In this document: positions 22,931-31,529 of the stretch, in pieces
Layout: each line of letters starts with the position of its first letter
Position numbering within the stretch: the first letter of the stretch is position 1
Source: a virus
Taxonomy: Duplodnaviria > Caudoviricetes
IMG/VR virus record: IMGVR_UViG_3300025339_000007
Coordinates: 1-42,614 of that record
Length of the DNA: 42,614 nt
Reading direction: 5' to 3' (one strand)
Notes under the pieces: generated by a model
Databases searched by the model: none
The model's input: only the letters and a program-made list of their open reading frames with translations
Told to the model about the DNA's origin: nothing
Made by a program: the position numbers and the translations under genes

Positions 22931-23422
22931 CTACAGAGATGGAGATACCTTCACTTGCCCTGCTAACATACTTGCGTCCATGTTTAGGAGGTTAATCGAC
23001 ACGGATGCTGATGAAGTTTCGCCTCCTAAGTTGTAGATAACCCTTCCAGCATCGGTTAGAGACTTGATCTCACGAGACCCAGCTATGATTGCACCAGCGT
23101 CCATCCTCCCTATCTCTTCAGCGGCGCGAGATAGGCCAGATGAGATACCGCCGATGAATTTGTCCCTTTGTTCCTCGATAGTTGCTTTAACAGCTTGAAC
23201 AGGATCGAGTGTGACAATCTCAGGCCGGAGCTCTTGCAATTCCCTCTTCCCCTCTTCAATCTTCCTGACAGCATTGCCTGGAGTTTTCCATTGCTTCCGT
23301 TTGGATCGTTGAATGACAGAGTTAATAGGAACGCCGAAAGCCTTTGCCGTATCGGTGAATGACATTCCCGTTGTCATGTAGTGAAGCTCTATAGCTTGCC
23401 AGTCATATTTACTTTTGGCCAT
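22931..23422 (-). CDS. terminase small subunit-like HTH protein
   Basis: KYDWQAIELHY..G.S....AKAFGV....V..RSKRKQW N-terminal HTH typical of TerS. Confidence 0.65.
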   Translation of the reverse strand: MAKSKYDWQAIELHYMTTGMSFTDTAKAFGVPINSVIQRSKRKQWKTPGNAVRKIEEGKRELQELRPEIVTLDPVQAVKATIEEQRDKFIGGISSGLSRAAEEIGRMDAGAIIAGSREIKSLTDAGRVIYNLGGETSSASVSINLLNMDASMLAGQVKVSPSL

Positions 23423-23823
23423 TGTGATTCCTTGTCTTACTCTTTTACCATTTGTGACAATATGGGAGGAAATGGGCTTTTAGTCAATAACATCAAGATA
23501 ACAGGGCACGAGGATGACCGCTATCGAGTTTTCTTTGCTCCCTGGGTATCGTGGCATGGGGTGATTTGGGGATTTGTGACGCGTTGTGATTTTATGCTTG
23601 GAAAGATTTTTTTTGATGCGTTGCGAAAATAAATCTTGCAATCTTGGATGGGCTGCAGGAGCCGATAAAATCAGGCGCGGCGGGGGATTTGTGGGGAGAG
23701 AATCGGGAAGAAATGAAAATCTTTTTTTGAGTTGGTTGTATTTTTTTCTTGTCTGCTAATGGGGCTAGAGTATTGGTGAGGAAGCGAGGCGACAACCGCC
23801 GAGCGAAACAAAAAACAAAACAC

Positions 23824-24219
23824 ATGACAACAGACACGCACACGGAAGAGAATCACGCAATCAGCAACGCTCGCGGCTGGATGGAGTCTATCAAAGATTG
23901 GTCAGCACTTCTCCTTGCTAGTGATGATGACATCAGGGAGGCGGCGCAAGATGAAGTTTATCAGTCCCCGCTTTCCGTAACAGTTCGGGAGGGATGGAAG
24001 AATCCGGGCGGGGAGTCAGAGCTTGAAGAGTTCCAAATTCTTCTTTCTACTGGCGGCCCTGCGTTGCGTATCATTGGCGACATCGGAGCATATGGAGTAG
24101 CACAGAATTCCATCATGCAATGGCAAGACTGGGGAACGCCTTGGACTGAATATGTCACCACGGAAGAAGAAGACGACGCTCTTTTGACATATTGCCAGCA
24201 ATTCTATCTTGGAGAATAA
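23824..24219 (+). CDS. early hypothetical protein
   Basis: ILLSTGGPALRI.G...WQDWG motif; first gene of the plus-strand cassette after an A-rich leader. Confidence 0.75.
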   Translation: MTTDTHTEENHAISNARGWMESIKDWSALLLASDDDIREAAQDEVYQSPLSVTVREGWKNPGGESELEEFQILLSTGGPALRIIGDIGAYGVAQNSIMQWQDWGTPWTEYVTTEEEDDALLTYCQQFYLGE

Positions 24220-24223
24220 AACC

Positions 24224-24301
24224 ATGAAAACCATCATCACCGACTTCCTAGTCCTTTCCCTCGTGCTTGTCGCCTTTTGGCTTGCGCTTGTCATCCTCTA
24301 A
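24224..24301 (+). CDS. 25-aa single-TM peptide
   Basis: MKTIITDFLVLSLVLVAFWLALVIL fills the gap between two genes. Confidence 0.55.
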   Translation: MKTIITDFLVLSLVLVAFWLALVIL

Positions 24302-24302
24302 T

Positions 24303-24512
24303 ATGAAAAAAATTACCGCCTACGCTATCGAATGGGATACAGACGGGGAAAAAGTAGATCTCCCCGAAATAGTAACGGGAACCTTTCCAAGTGATTTTTT
24401 TCCAGAAACGGAACTTGCGGATGCCCTTTCCGATGAGTTCGGATGGTGTATTAGTTCCCTCCTTTTCACTTATGGGGAGTATTTCGGGAAAGGTAAAAGG
24501 GTAAGGATTTGA
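24303..24512 (+). CDS. early hypothetical protein
   Basis: IEWDTDGE..DLP...LADALSDEFGWCI motif. Confidence 0.7.
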   Translation: MKKITAYAIEWDTDGEKVDLPEIVTGTFPSDFFPETELADALSDEFGWCISSLLFTYGEYFGKGKRVRI

Positions 24513-24605
24513 TTTTGACAAGCTCCCCCTTGCCATGCAGGGGGGAGAAGTCAGGGGAAAAGTCTCTTGATCCTGCCGGGGATTCCGGCACTACATAAAA
24601 ACAAC

Positions 24606-24890
24606 ATGAAAGCAACGCACACCCCTGCCCCTTGGCAATATGACGAAACCACATACTCAGTCTGGGCAAATGAAGGAGACAAAAAAATCGTCCGCTTTAT
24701 ACCTTTACACGAAGAAGAAAGAGCAAACGCTCGTCTAATCGCCAGCGCACCCGAACTCTTGGCCGCTTTGCAAATTGCCCTCTCTGATATAGAAGATTTT
24801 TACCAAGGATCTCCTACAAAAGATGAGTTTTGTGGAACTGAAAAGTTAATCCGCGCCGCAATCGCCAAGGCAACCGGGGAGGAAGCATGA
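24606..24890 (+). CDS. early phage protein of the HTP.PW...ANARLIA.APELL family
   Basis: HTPAPW, ANARLIASAPELLAAL, RAAIAKATG. Confidence 0.8.
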   Translation: MKATHTPAPWQYDETTYSVWANEGDKKIVRFIPLHEEERANARLIASAPELLAALQIALSDIEDFYQGSPTKDEFCGTEKLIRAAIAKATGEEA

Positions 24891-25090
24891 ACGCCGTTGA
24901 ACTTCTTTTGCAAGGTCACAAACAGGCTGCAAAGCAGGCCGCTAGGGGGCTTCATCTTGTCGATCTGTCAACTATGGCCGCACCGTTCGGTTTCTCTCCG
25001 TTGGATCGCTGGGGCCTTGCGGCCTATCTCCTCGGATGGTTGCCTTGGGCAAAGGCTGAAGAGATTTTGAAAGGAGGTGAAATAGCGTGA
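24887..25090 (+). CDS. hypothetical protein
   Basis: ATGA-coupled to the upstream gene. Confidence 0.55.
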   Translation: MNAVELLLQGHKQAAKQAARGLHLVDLSTMAAPFGFSPLDRWGLAAYLLGWLPWAKAEEILKGGEIA

Positions 25091-25272
25091 AAAGGGTTTT
25101 TTGCGTTTATCGTGAAGGGGAAAAAGGTTGGGAGATTGTAAAAACCTTTTCCTCATTTACTAAGGCTGGAAATTATGCTGTAAAAATGACAGAGGAAATA
25201 GGAGATTCATTTTGCGTAAATGAAGGATTTTTCCCTTATGATGGAAGGCCAACATTTAAGCAAACAAATTAA
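25087..25272 (+). CDS. hypothetical protein
   Basis: GTGA-coupled; ends just before a terminator. Confidence 0.55.
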   Translation: MKRVFCVYREGEKGWEIVKTFSSFTKAGNYAVKMTEEIGDSFCVNEGFFPYDGRPTFKQTN

Positions 25273-25277
25273 AAAAT

Positions 25278-25315
25278 AAAAGCCCGGATGGGAAGCTATC
25301 CCGTCCGGGCTTTTT
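25278..25315. terminator. bidirectional intrinsic terminator between convergent units
   Basis: AAAAGCCCGGATGGGA-agcta-TCCCGTCCGGGCTTTTT. Confidence 0.88.
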
Positions 25316-25371
25316 CATGGGTCCAATCCCTCAGGATTTAATCAGCCAGAGCATTACTCGACACGATCCGA

Positions 25372-25701
25372 CTATTTCATGGGGCAAATTTCCACGGCTG
25401 ATCGGGACGCATCTTTTCCTGACTCGTCACGAATCTGATCCGTAGAACCTATTTTATGGCACAATTTGCCGTCTAGAATAGCCCCGCCAGCGTACGGAAC
25501 TATTTCATGCCGCTTTTTCCATGCGTCGGTTCTCACTTCTACGGAACCGGGAGTCATCCCACGCGACACGAAAAAGCGTTCGCAAGCGTCTCCTACTACT
25601 TTGGAGAGCCTGAATAGGTAGTTTTCCCAGTCTTCGTCGGTCTTGCGGGTCTCCACATGACGATATTCGTTCCACGGAATGTAATTGTTCTTTTTTGCCA
25701 T
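25372..25701 (-). CDS. hypothetical protein
   Basis: MAKKNNYIPW start immediately after the upstream stop. Confidence 0.55.
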   Translation of the reverse strand: MAKKNNYIPWNEYRHVETRKTDEDWENYLFRLSKVVGDACERFFVSRGMTPGSVEVRTDAWKKRHEIVPYAGGAILDGKLCHKIGSTDQIRDESGKDASRSAVEICPMK

Positions 25702-25702
25702 T

Positions 25703-25861
25703 TTATAAGGCTTTTTTATTAAATTTAACTTTCTTTTTAAAGATTCTGTCCCAGCCGTCTTGATAAGATTTAGAGACCGCTCCTGTGCGATTGGGGGAAG
25801 CTGAATCAATGCGGCGTTGCATCTCCTTCATGCGGGGAGAAAGGGCATCTCGCTCGCTCAT
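25703..25861 (-). CDS. small phage protein (Y..GWDRIF.KK type)
   Basis: ATGA-coupled start MSERDAL; SKSYQDGWDRIFKKK. Confidence 0.6.
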   Translation of the reverse strand: MSERDALSPRMKEMQRRIDSASPNRTGAVSKSYQDGWDRIFKKKVKFNKKAL

Positions 25862-26454
25862 CGGGCCTCCTTGAGCTTCTGGATCTCGTCGCGAAGGTAG
25901 CGGATGGCGTAGGCTGTTTTTGCGGCTATTGCTGCCACAGAAGAAGGTAAGCTTTCGGAGTTCGCGATTTCCTCTAGGTCTTCGATGTCTCCCTCCAGCG
26001 GCAACGGGCGGCGGGTGCGAACCTTGGCAAAGTTTGACGCTGGGTAGCCTATCCACCCAGTTATTTTAGTCCACTTGCCAGTATAATACTCATCCCCCTC
26101 TTGAATCACCTCGTCAGGGCCAAGCTCTCGCCACTCGGGTTGAACTGTTAAGGATTCCTTAATAGTTGGTTCCTCTGGCGCGGGGGCGAGTCGGGCATTT
26201 GATTTTATTTCCTCAAGCTCATCAGCCAACTCACCATGCCAAACGGTGACCGCTTGTTTCTGATTGCGCCAAAACTCATCGGCAATCTCAATCGCTCGGT
26301 TCAGAAGCTCACGGAGCCTTGCGACCTCGGCTTCTAGTTTGTGGTTCATTTCTCCGACTGGTTCACAAGCGTAGCAGGAGCCTTGGAATCCTAGTTTAAA
26401 GCGATCAAGTTCCTCACGGAGCCTTGCGACCTCGGTGGTGGTGTCGGGGTTCAT
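25858..26454 (-). CDS. mosaic hypothetical protein with repeated EVARLRE segments
   Basis: 198 aa; CYACE motif and WRELGPDEVIQEGDEY module. Confidence 0.7.
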   Translation of the reverse strand: MNPDTTTEVARLREELDRFKLGFQGSCYACEPVGEMNHKLEAEVARLRELLNRAIEIADEFWRNQKQAVTVWHGELADELEEIKSNARLAPAPEEPTIKESLTVQPEWRELGPDEVIQEGDEYYTGKWTKITGWIGYPASNFAKVRTRRPLPLEGDIEDLEEIANSESLPSSVAAIAAKTAYAIRYLRDEIQKLKEAR

Positions 26455-27075
26455 TTTATTTTTCCTTTTGGTTCTTCATCCTTCTCAATAGTGACCTTGA
26501 ATCCAACATTTCCTGCAACATGGAAGGCAATTACGCCTTCTGGATTCATGTATCCTTTAGCGGCTTGACTGCCCTCAATTTTAAGCCTTTCGATCTGTCG
26601 GTTTGCCTCGCTGAAATCTCCAATTCCCAAAATTGGAACTAACCCACAACACGCTGGTAGAATGTCTTGATACTTTTCAATGCGCGGATCTGCGGTTGGG
26701 ATACGTTTAGGATTTTGTCCGGCAGCGCACCATCGAATTACATTAAAGAGAGAGAATCGTTTTTCGCCCTGTGTGTAACCATACCCGCGCTGTATTCCGC
26801 TTCCCCACCACTCTCCGAAATGAGATCCAACTCCAAGTTCCATGAGAGAATCCTTATATGCATATGCCCATTTAGCAAATCCGTGGTTGTCATTTTCAGG
26901 CGTGATCCATCGCGTCCTAGAACCAACTAGAAATTGTCCGTCTTCGGTTATTTTGATTTGGGCATTAGTCCCATCAATTTTTTCTGTGACGATAACCTGA
27001 CGATTAAGTCTAGCTATTTTTGGGAAACCGCTAAATAGCGGAGAATTGATATTGTTCATGTCGGGGTTCATTTTA
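26442..27075. repeat. 17-nt direct repeats TGTCGGGGTTCATTTTA (26442-26458 and 27059-27075) flanking the RNA ligase gene
   Basis: Exact match read from the sequence. Confidence 0.85.
26451..27071 (-). CDS. RNA ligase (Rnl2-like nucleotidyltransferase domain)
   Basis: FPKI.RL, TEKIDGTN (motif I), GSR, FGEWWG.GIQ, FSLFNV, PEGVI, FK. Confidence 0.85.
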   Translation of the reverse strand: MNPDMNNINSPLFSGFPKIARLNRQVIVTEKIDGTNAQIKITEDGQFLVGSRTRWITPENDNHGFAKWAYAYKDSLMELGVGSHFGEWWGSGIQRGYGYTQGEKRFSLFNVIRWCAAGQNPKRIPTADPRIEKYQDILPACCGLVPILGIGDFSEANRQIERLKIEGSQAAKGYMNPEGVIAFHVAGNVGFKVTIEKDEEPKGKIK

Positions 27076-27226
27076 ATCCTTTAATTACCGCTATATTTAA
27101 CATTAATGCTCCAGTCCAATAAAGAACTTGGTTCCAATTCCCCGCAACTAACCAACGCACCAAGAGAAGGCCGTAAAAGCACAGCAAGGCATAATTGATA
27201 GTGCGGGGATCGGAGAGCCAATTCAT
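27068..27226 (-). CDS. 52-aa two-TM membrane protein
   Basis: MNWLSDPRTINYALLCFYGLLLVRWLVAGNWNQVLYWTGALMLNIAVIKGLK; ATGA overlaps at both ends. Confidence 0.65.
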   Translation of the reverse strand: MNWLSDPRTINYALLCFYGLLLVRWLVAGNWNQVLYWTGALMLNIAVIKGLK

Positions 27227-27546
27227 TCTGTGACGATTGAGGAAGGCTTTTTAGGCTCGTTAATCGTGTTCTCAAAGAACTCATCAATATCACAGATCAT
27301 GCAGGGCGCACCTTTTTCGTGCGTTTCCTTGTCGTGGCCCCCTGCCGCGATAAGGATTTGCTTGATCCCGTCAAGGAAAGCATAGGCTTGGTAGCTCGCC
27401 GCGAAGAACTTTGCCCAACGGATTGCTTCTTCGGGAGAACACAGAGAAGAGATGGAACAAATTTCCAGCCCTTCGGCATCCAAGATTCGGTCGGCATCGG
27501 CTTTGATGGGGAATTTAAACTCAATAGGGTTGTTGTTGATGATCAT
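27223..27546 (-). CDS. hypothetical protein
   Basis: 107 aa, packed in the operon; H..H...C..C possible metal site. Confidence 0.6.
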   Translation of the reverse strand: MIINNNPIEFKFPIKADADRILDAEGLEICSISSLCSPEEAIRWAKFFAASYQAYAFLDGIKQILIAAGGHDKETHEKGAPCMICDIDEFFENTINEPKKPSSIVTE

Positions 27547-27548
27547 AA

Positions 27549-27764
27549 TTAGATGGAGTAAGAGGCGAATTTCTTGCCTGTTTTGCGGTTGTGTTTGATG
27601 GTTCGATTGATGCGGTAGCCCATGCGCTTCAATTCAAGAACACGGGCGGCTAGACGAAAGCATCCAAAGCGATTCAATGCTTCAAGGGCCGTGAGGCTCT
27701 TGCCGGTCTTGAGGTGCTTGAGGATGCGGAGGGACTGACTAGGGTTGGTGTGTTTGGTTTTCAT
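27549..27764 (-). CDS. winged helix-turn-helix DNA-binding protein
   Basis: SQ..RIL.HL..G.SLT.LEAL..FGCFRLAARV.EL...GY.I. Confidence 0.85.
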   Translation of the reverse strand: MKTKHTNPSQSLRILKHLKTGKSLTALEALNRFGCFRLAARVLELKRMGYRINRTIKHNRKTGKKFASYSI

Positions 27765-27949
27765 TTGCGGTTGTATGCGGTTAGGATTTTGTCGATCTCC
27801 TCATGGATGAGGAGGGTCTTGCCAAGAGAATTGAGCTTCTGAATTTCTTCCAAAGAGCGAAGAAGGCCATCCAACTCTGCGGCAAGGTCGTTGTAGCTCA
27901 TTTCAGCGGCTCTTTGAGCGGATAGCCAGCTCAGGTCGTTGTTTGTCAT
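27761..27949 (-). CDS. hypothetical protein
   Basis: 62 aa, ATGA-coupled to the HTH gene. Confidence 0.5.
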   Translation of the reverse strand: MTNNDLSWLSAQRAAEMSYNDLAAELDGLLRSLEEIQKLNSLGKTLLIHEEIDKILTAYNRK

Positions 27950-28045
27950 TGATTTTGTATTTCGGGGTTCCGATGAGGCCGCGCTCTGAAAGTCGCATCA
28001 AAAGCGGGGGCCACCAAATGCAAGGACGATCTCCATGATATTCCT

Positions 28046-28318
28046 TCATGCCATGACTTTGTTGATGGTTTCGTTCAATACATTTGCCTGACGAAAAAAG
28101 ATTTCGTCAAGGCGATCAAAGCCAACCGATGATTGGCGAGGAGTCGGTTGAACCAATGCTTTTTCTAGGATGACTAGATCGTTGTAGAATTGCTTTGCCC
28201 TTGCAACGCTGATTCGGATCTCGGATAGCCCGTGTTCTTCTGCGTATTTGATGCTCACCTTAAGCATTGCATTGTATGTTGCGGCCCTGCTTGCGGCCTC
28301 TCGTAGTGTTGTTTTCAT
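28046..28318 (-). CDS. hypothetical protein
   Basis: MKTTLREAA start after a TTGACT promoter, 5' hairpin and A-rich leader. Confidence 0.6.
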   Translation of the reverse strand: MKTTLREAASRAATYNAMLKVSIKYAEEHGLSEIRISVARAKQFYNDLVILEKALVQPTPRQSSVGFDRLDEIFFRQANVLNETINKVMA

Positions 28319-28397
28319 TTTTGTTGTGCAGAGCATGGTTGAATGCTCTGAGGCCCATGCTTTCAGAATCTCGAAACGAGTCAACAACAAATTTTTG

Positions 28398-28430
28398 AAA
28401 AAAATAAGGGCGGGGATTTCTCCCCGCCCT
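28398..28430 (-). terminator. intrinsic terminator after the SSB gene
   Basis: AGGGCGGGGA-gaaa-TCCCCGCCCT followed by TATTTTTTT on the minus strand. Confidence 0.85.
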
Positions 28431-28504
28431 GCGGTGTTCGACAAAGGCAGCTTACGCATTAGCACCCGGTTCGGAGGTCTCTTCCGACTCCCATTCCGCA
28501 AATT

Positions 28505-28765
28505 TTAGAAATCAATATCCTCGTCCTTCGGCTGGTAGCCGTTACTCTTCGCCTTGTTGTGAGGCGTAATGCCACCTTTCTTTTGACGAGGAGGGCCAAC
28601 CTTGATGGATAGGAAATTGCTTCCTGCCTTGCTTGTCTTCTCCCAGATGGAGATCTCGTAGTCCTTACCCTCCACATTGAGAGGGCCGCTCCACTTGGGA
28701 GCTTTGGGGTTTGCGTTGTCGCGCTCGAAAGCGGCTCCGCTGTTTGTGTTGTCGTAGTTGCTCAT
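28505..28765 (-). CDS. phage single-stranded DNA-binding protein (DUF736-like)
   Basis: NSGA.F...P.W.G.LNVEG..Y.ISIW.K.SK.G..FLSIKV with acidic-aromatic tail DEDIDF. Confidence 0.75.
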   Translation of the reverse strand: MSNYDNTNSGAAFERDNANPKAPKWSGPLNVEGKDYEISIWEKTSKAGSNFLSIKVGPPRQKKGGITPHNKAKSNGYQPKDEDIDF

Positions 28766-30054
28766 TGGTGTGTTGTTACTTCCCGTTCTTCAAACCGCAG
28801 GTATTGCGGCTGGAAGGTTAGCGGGAAAGATGTTCTACTACAATTCCTAGCGAGTCGGATGTCAAGCCAATATCCGATCTCATCGGGATCTTGTTTCTTC
28901 TTGCTATCCTCCTCTGCCTCTTGGTAGCGGATGACCAAAAACATATCGCAGTCATGCTGGATAGCATCAGATTCACGGGCGGTTCCGTTGCGGTTAAGCT
29001 GGCATAGAGCAATGATGGTGATTCCAAGTTCCTTGGCTACCAACTTGAGGCATCGGCTGACTTCTGCCACCTGGCGCTCACGGGAGTCCTTTGCGTTGGA
29101 TGGCATAGCAAGCTGGATATAATCAAAAACAATCATCTTTACGCCATGCGTTGCCACCATCCTACGAGCGGCAGCCATGATTTGAAGTGGGTTGATAGAG
29201 CTTTCATCTCTGATCCAGATCGGTAGCTTGCCAACTTGCCCCACGCCAAAAGCAATCTTACCCATCTCTTCTTTAGTGGGGTTTTTGGATAGCACGGATA
29301 TGTCCACGCCAGTTAGGGAAGCTACAAGCCTATCCACCATTTCCCCGCTACTCATCTCAAGGCTGAACACTCCCACGGGATTACCGGCATCAGCGGTTCG
29401 TTGGGCGATGTTGAGAGCAAGAGCGGTTTTCCCCCCTTTTGTGGGCGCACCGATCACAATCAATTGCCCTGGCCTCATGCCTCCCGTGTGTTCATCAAGA
29501 GCAGGGAAGCCGTAGGTAAGCCCCATGAGCTTGCCCTTGTTCTTCACCATCTCCTCATATTCGTTGAGGCGGCGTGTTGTAGCCTCGCCAATAGACTCAA
29601 TTTTTGTCCCTGACTCCGCTTCTGAAGCAATGGCGACAAGAGCTTTCTGCACAGTCTCGGAGAGTTCCCCGTTCACCACAGGGTTACGCGCTGAATCAAT
29701 GATGCGCTCTGCACCAGCAATGGCAAGTCGCGCCGTGTGGTAGTGGCGAATGATGTTGAAATACTCCTCATGGTTGTAGCTTGTCGCCACAGCAGAGTAT
29801 ATCGCCGCCACTTCTGACGCACCACCGCAATCTGCCATGCAGTTGTTGGTCTCCAACCACTCGCTGATGGTCACGAGATCCACGCTCTTGCCCTCTTTCC
29901 AGAGGGCTAAAAGCCCCTTAAACAGCGTTTTATGGGCTGGATAAGAGAACAGGGCGGCCTTGAGGTGATCGGCGTGTATATCAAGGATGGAGGGATTTTG
30001 CAGGGCAGAGGAAAGGAAAGCCCTTTCTGCGTCTAGATTGGCAGGAAGGCTCAT
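28762..30054 (-). CDS. dnaB: DnaB-like replicative helicase
   Basis: P.NLDAE.A.L N-terminus, Walker A GAPTKGGKT, FSLEMS, FDYIQL, LCQLNR, RESDAIQHDCD. Confidence 0.93.
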   Translation of the reverse strand: MSLPANLDAERAFLSSALQNPSILDIHADHLKAALFSYPAHKTLFKGLLALWKEGKSVDLVTISEWLETNNCMADCGGASEVAAIYSAVATSYNHEEYFNIIRHYHTARLAIAGAERIIDSARNPVVNGELSETVQKALVAIASEAESGTKIESIGEATTRRLNEYEEMVKNKGKLMGLTYGFPALDEHTGGMRPGQLIVIGAPTKGGKTALALNIAQRTADAGNPVGVFSLEMSSGEMVDRLVASLTGVDISVLSKNPTKEEMGKIAFGVGQVGKLPIWIRDESSINPLQIMAAARRMVATHGVKMIVFDYIQLAMPSNAKDSRERQVAEVSRCLKLVAKELGITIIALCQLNRNGTARESDAIQHDCDMFLVIRYQEAEEDSKKKQDPDEIGYWLDIRLARNCSRTSFPLTFQPQYLRFEEREVTTHQ

Positions 30055-30119
30055 TTGGTTATCCTTCCAATAATAAATCCAAATACGCAAATAAGACCGC
30101 CGACTATATCAAAGTTCAT
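30051..30119 (-). CDS. 22-aa hydrophobic peptide
   Basis: MNFDIVGGLICVFGFIIGRITK; ATGA overlaps with both the exonuclease stop and the dnaB start. Confidence 0.5.
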   Translation of the reverse strand: MNFDIVGGLICVFGFIIGRITK

Positions 30120-30811
30120 TTCTTCTTCCTCCCACGGGGCTTCGGCTCTGGCTTCGCGGCTTTCATTGCCCAATAAAGATCAACTTGCTTCTGGAATACC
30201 ACCCATTCCTTTGAAAGGTCTTCTCGCCACACTACCTCAAAATCGCCCTCTTCTTCCTTGCCGATACGGACAATCGCGTGATCTTGAATGTGATGGAACG
30301 GAGTCACCACATTGTATATTTGGGCATAACCCGCGCATTGCCTCCAGTAGCTCTCCGAGATTTTCTTACTGGTCTTGAAGTCGAGGAGAACGTGATCCCC
30401 ATTCTTGCGCTTGGCGATAAGGTCAATCGTACCTCCGTATCGATACGCCTCGTTGACTAGCTGAATCTCTGTGGCTACGACCTGAAGGTCTTGAGTCTCC
30501 CACCACTCAAGGAACTTATGATAACACACAAGAGCCTTATCCCGCTCCTTCTGCGTGTAGTCGGATAGGTCTGCTACAAACCCATTCAAGAATGCCTCAA
30601 CATAAAAGTGAGCCAGCGTACCAATGTCGCAAGCCTCCTTACTCACGTCTCGGTAGTTCTTTCCCTCGCAACCTAGTTTCCAGGCCCAATGGATCAACGC
30701 CCCTGCGTCATCACCAATTTTACTTATAGTAGATCCTCCCGGTACTTGCGTTCCATCAGATAGGAAATACTTCTGATGCTCTTTGTGTCGGTCTAGTTTT
30801 ACGGAGTTCAT
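30116..30811 (-). CDS. PD-(D/E)XK exonuclease (RecB/Cas4-like)
   Basis: GTLAH, E.QL, YGGTIDL, LLDFKTS, Q..GYA. Confidence 0.85.
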   Translation of the reverse strand: MNSVKLDRHKEHQKYFLSDGTQVPGGSTISKIGDDAGALIHWAWKLGCEGKNYRDVSKEACDIGTLAHFYVEAFLNGFVADLSDYTQKERDKALVCYHKFLEWWETQDLQVVATEIQLVNEAYRYGGTIDLIAKRKNGDHVLLDFKTSKKISESYWRQCAGYAQIYNVVTPFHHIQDHAIVRIGKEEEGDFEVVWREDLSKEWVVFQKQVDLYWAMKAAKPEPKPRGRKKK

Positions 30812-30845
30812 TTTTGTTTTGGTTTTTGAAATACAAGAAAATAGC

Positions 30846-31043
30846 TCATTCTGCGTAGTCCTCGTAGTCAATTCCGCATCCGCACTCTGGGCATTCTTCT
30901 GGCTCTGTATAGCCTCCTTCTGGCGGCTCGTTATCATCGTAGCAATGCGAGGTGATTGCTGGGATGTAGGGATACACTACAATCTCCGTGTCCTTGCCGC
31001 ATTCACATGAATGCGTTTGTCCGAATGGCTTGGGTCTTTTCAT
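30846..31043 (-). CDS. small Zn-ribbon protein
   Basis: CECG...PPEGG...CPECG. Confidence 0.6.
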   Translation of the reverse strand: MKRPKPFGQTHSCECGKDTEIVVYPYIPAITSHCYDDNEPPEGGYTEPEECPECGCGIDYEDYAE

Positions 31044-31306
31044 AGTGATTCAATTGCGTTTTTGTATTTTTGGTTCTGTTTCTCGGCGGCATCTAATCGC
31101 TTGCAGAGAAGTTTCACTTCTATTTCAAGGATGAGGATCTGATCAGCTATCTTATCTAGTCTATCCACAATCGGATTCAGCGGTTCCTTTCCAGCGAAAA
31201 ATGTGGTTGTGGAATTGACGTGTAGTAATGGTTGCATTGATTGATTCTTACGAATGGTTTCTGCCCCTCGCAGGATTTGGTTAATCTTGTCTTGGATTCC
31301 GTACAT
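31040..31306 (-). CDS. hypothetical coiled-coil protein
   Basis: 88 aa, coupled to its neighbours. Confidence 0.5.
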   Translation of the reverse strand: MYGIQDKINQILRGAETIRKNQSMQPLLHVNSTTTFFAGKEPLNPIVDRLDKIADQILILEIEVKLLCKRLDAAEKQNQKYKNAIESL

Positions 31307-31307
31307 A

Positions 31308-31511
31308 TCAGTTGATGTCCTCTGGTTTCACTTCTCGCTTCATGGCGTTCAGTAGATCGCAATGGCGTTGCGCTGTAGTTTCGTCATCGAATGCCGCTTC
31401 CATAGGCCAATCAGCGGTTGTACCCATGTTTTTATCAATGAAGTCAATGTAATCGCGCATGAGTTTACGGAGCCTTGCTACCTCGTTGTCTAGTGTATGT
31501 TGTGGGTTCAT
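31308..31511 (-). CDS. hypothetical protein with an EVARLR segment
   Basis: MNPQHTLDNEVARLRK resembles the N-terminus of 25858..26454. Confidence 0.55.
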   Translation of the reverse strand: MNPQHTLDNEVARLRKLMRDYIDFIDKNMGTTADWPMEAAFDDETTAQRHCDLLNAMKREVKPEDIN

Positions 31512-31529
31512 TTTGAGCGTTATTGAGCG

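Noticed and set aside
23381-23856. Short ORFs in the divergent intergenic region
   Set aside because: Overlapping, low-complexity translations of T/A-tract promoter DNA
30116-30811. Cas4 as part of a CRISPR system
   Set aside because: Solo PD-(D/E)XK exonuclease in a replication operon; no array or other cas genes
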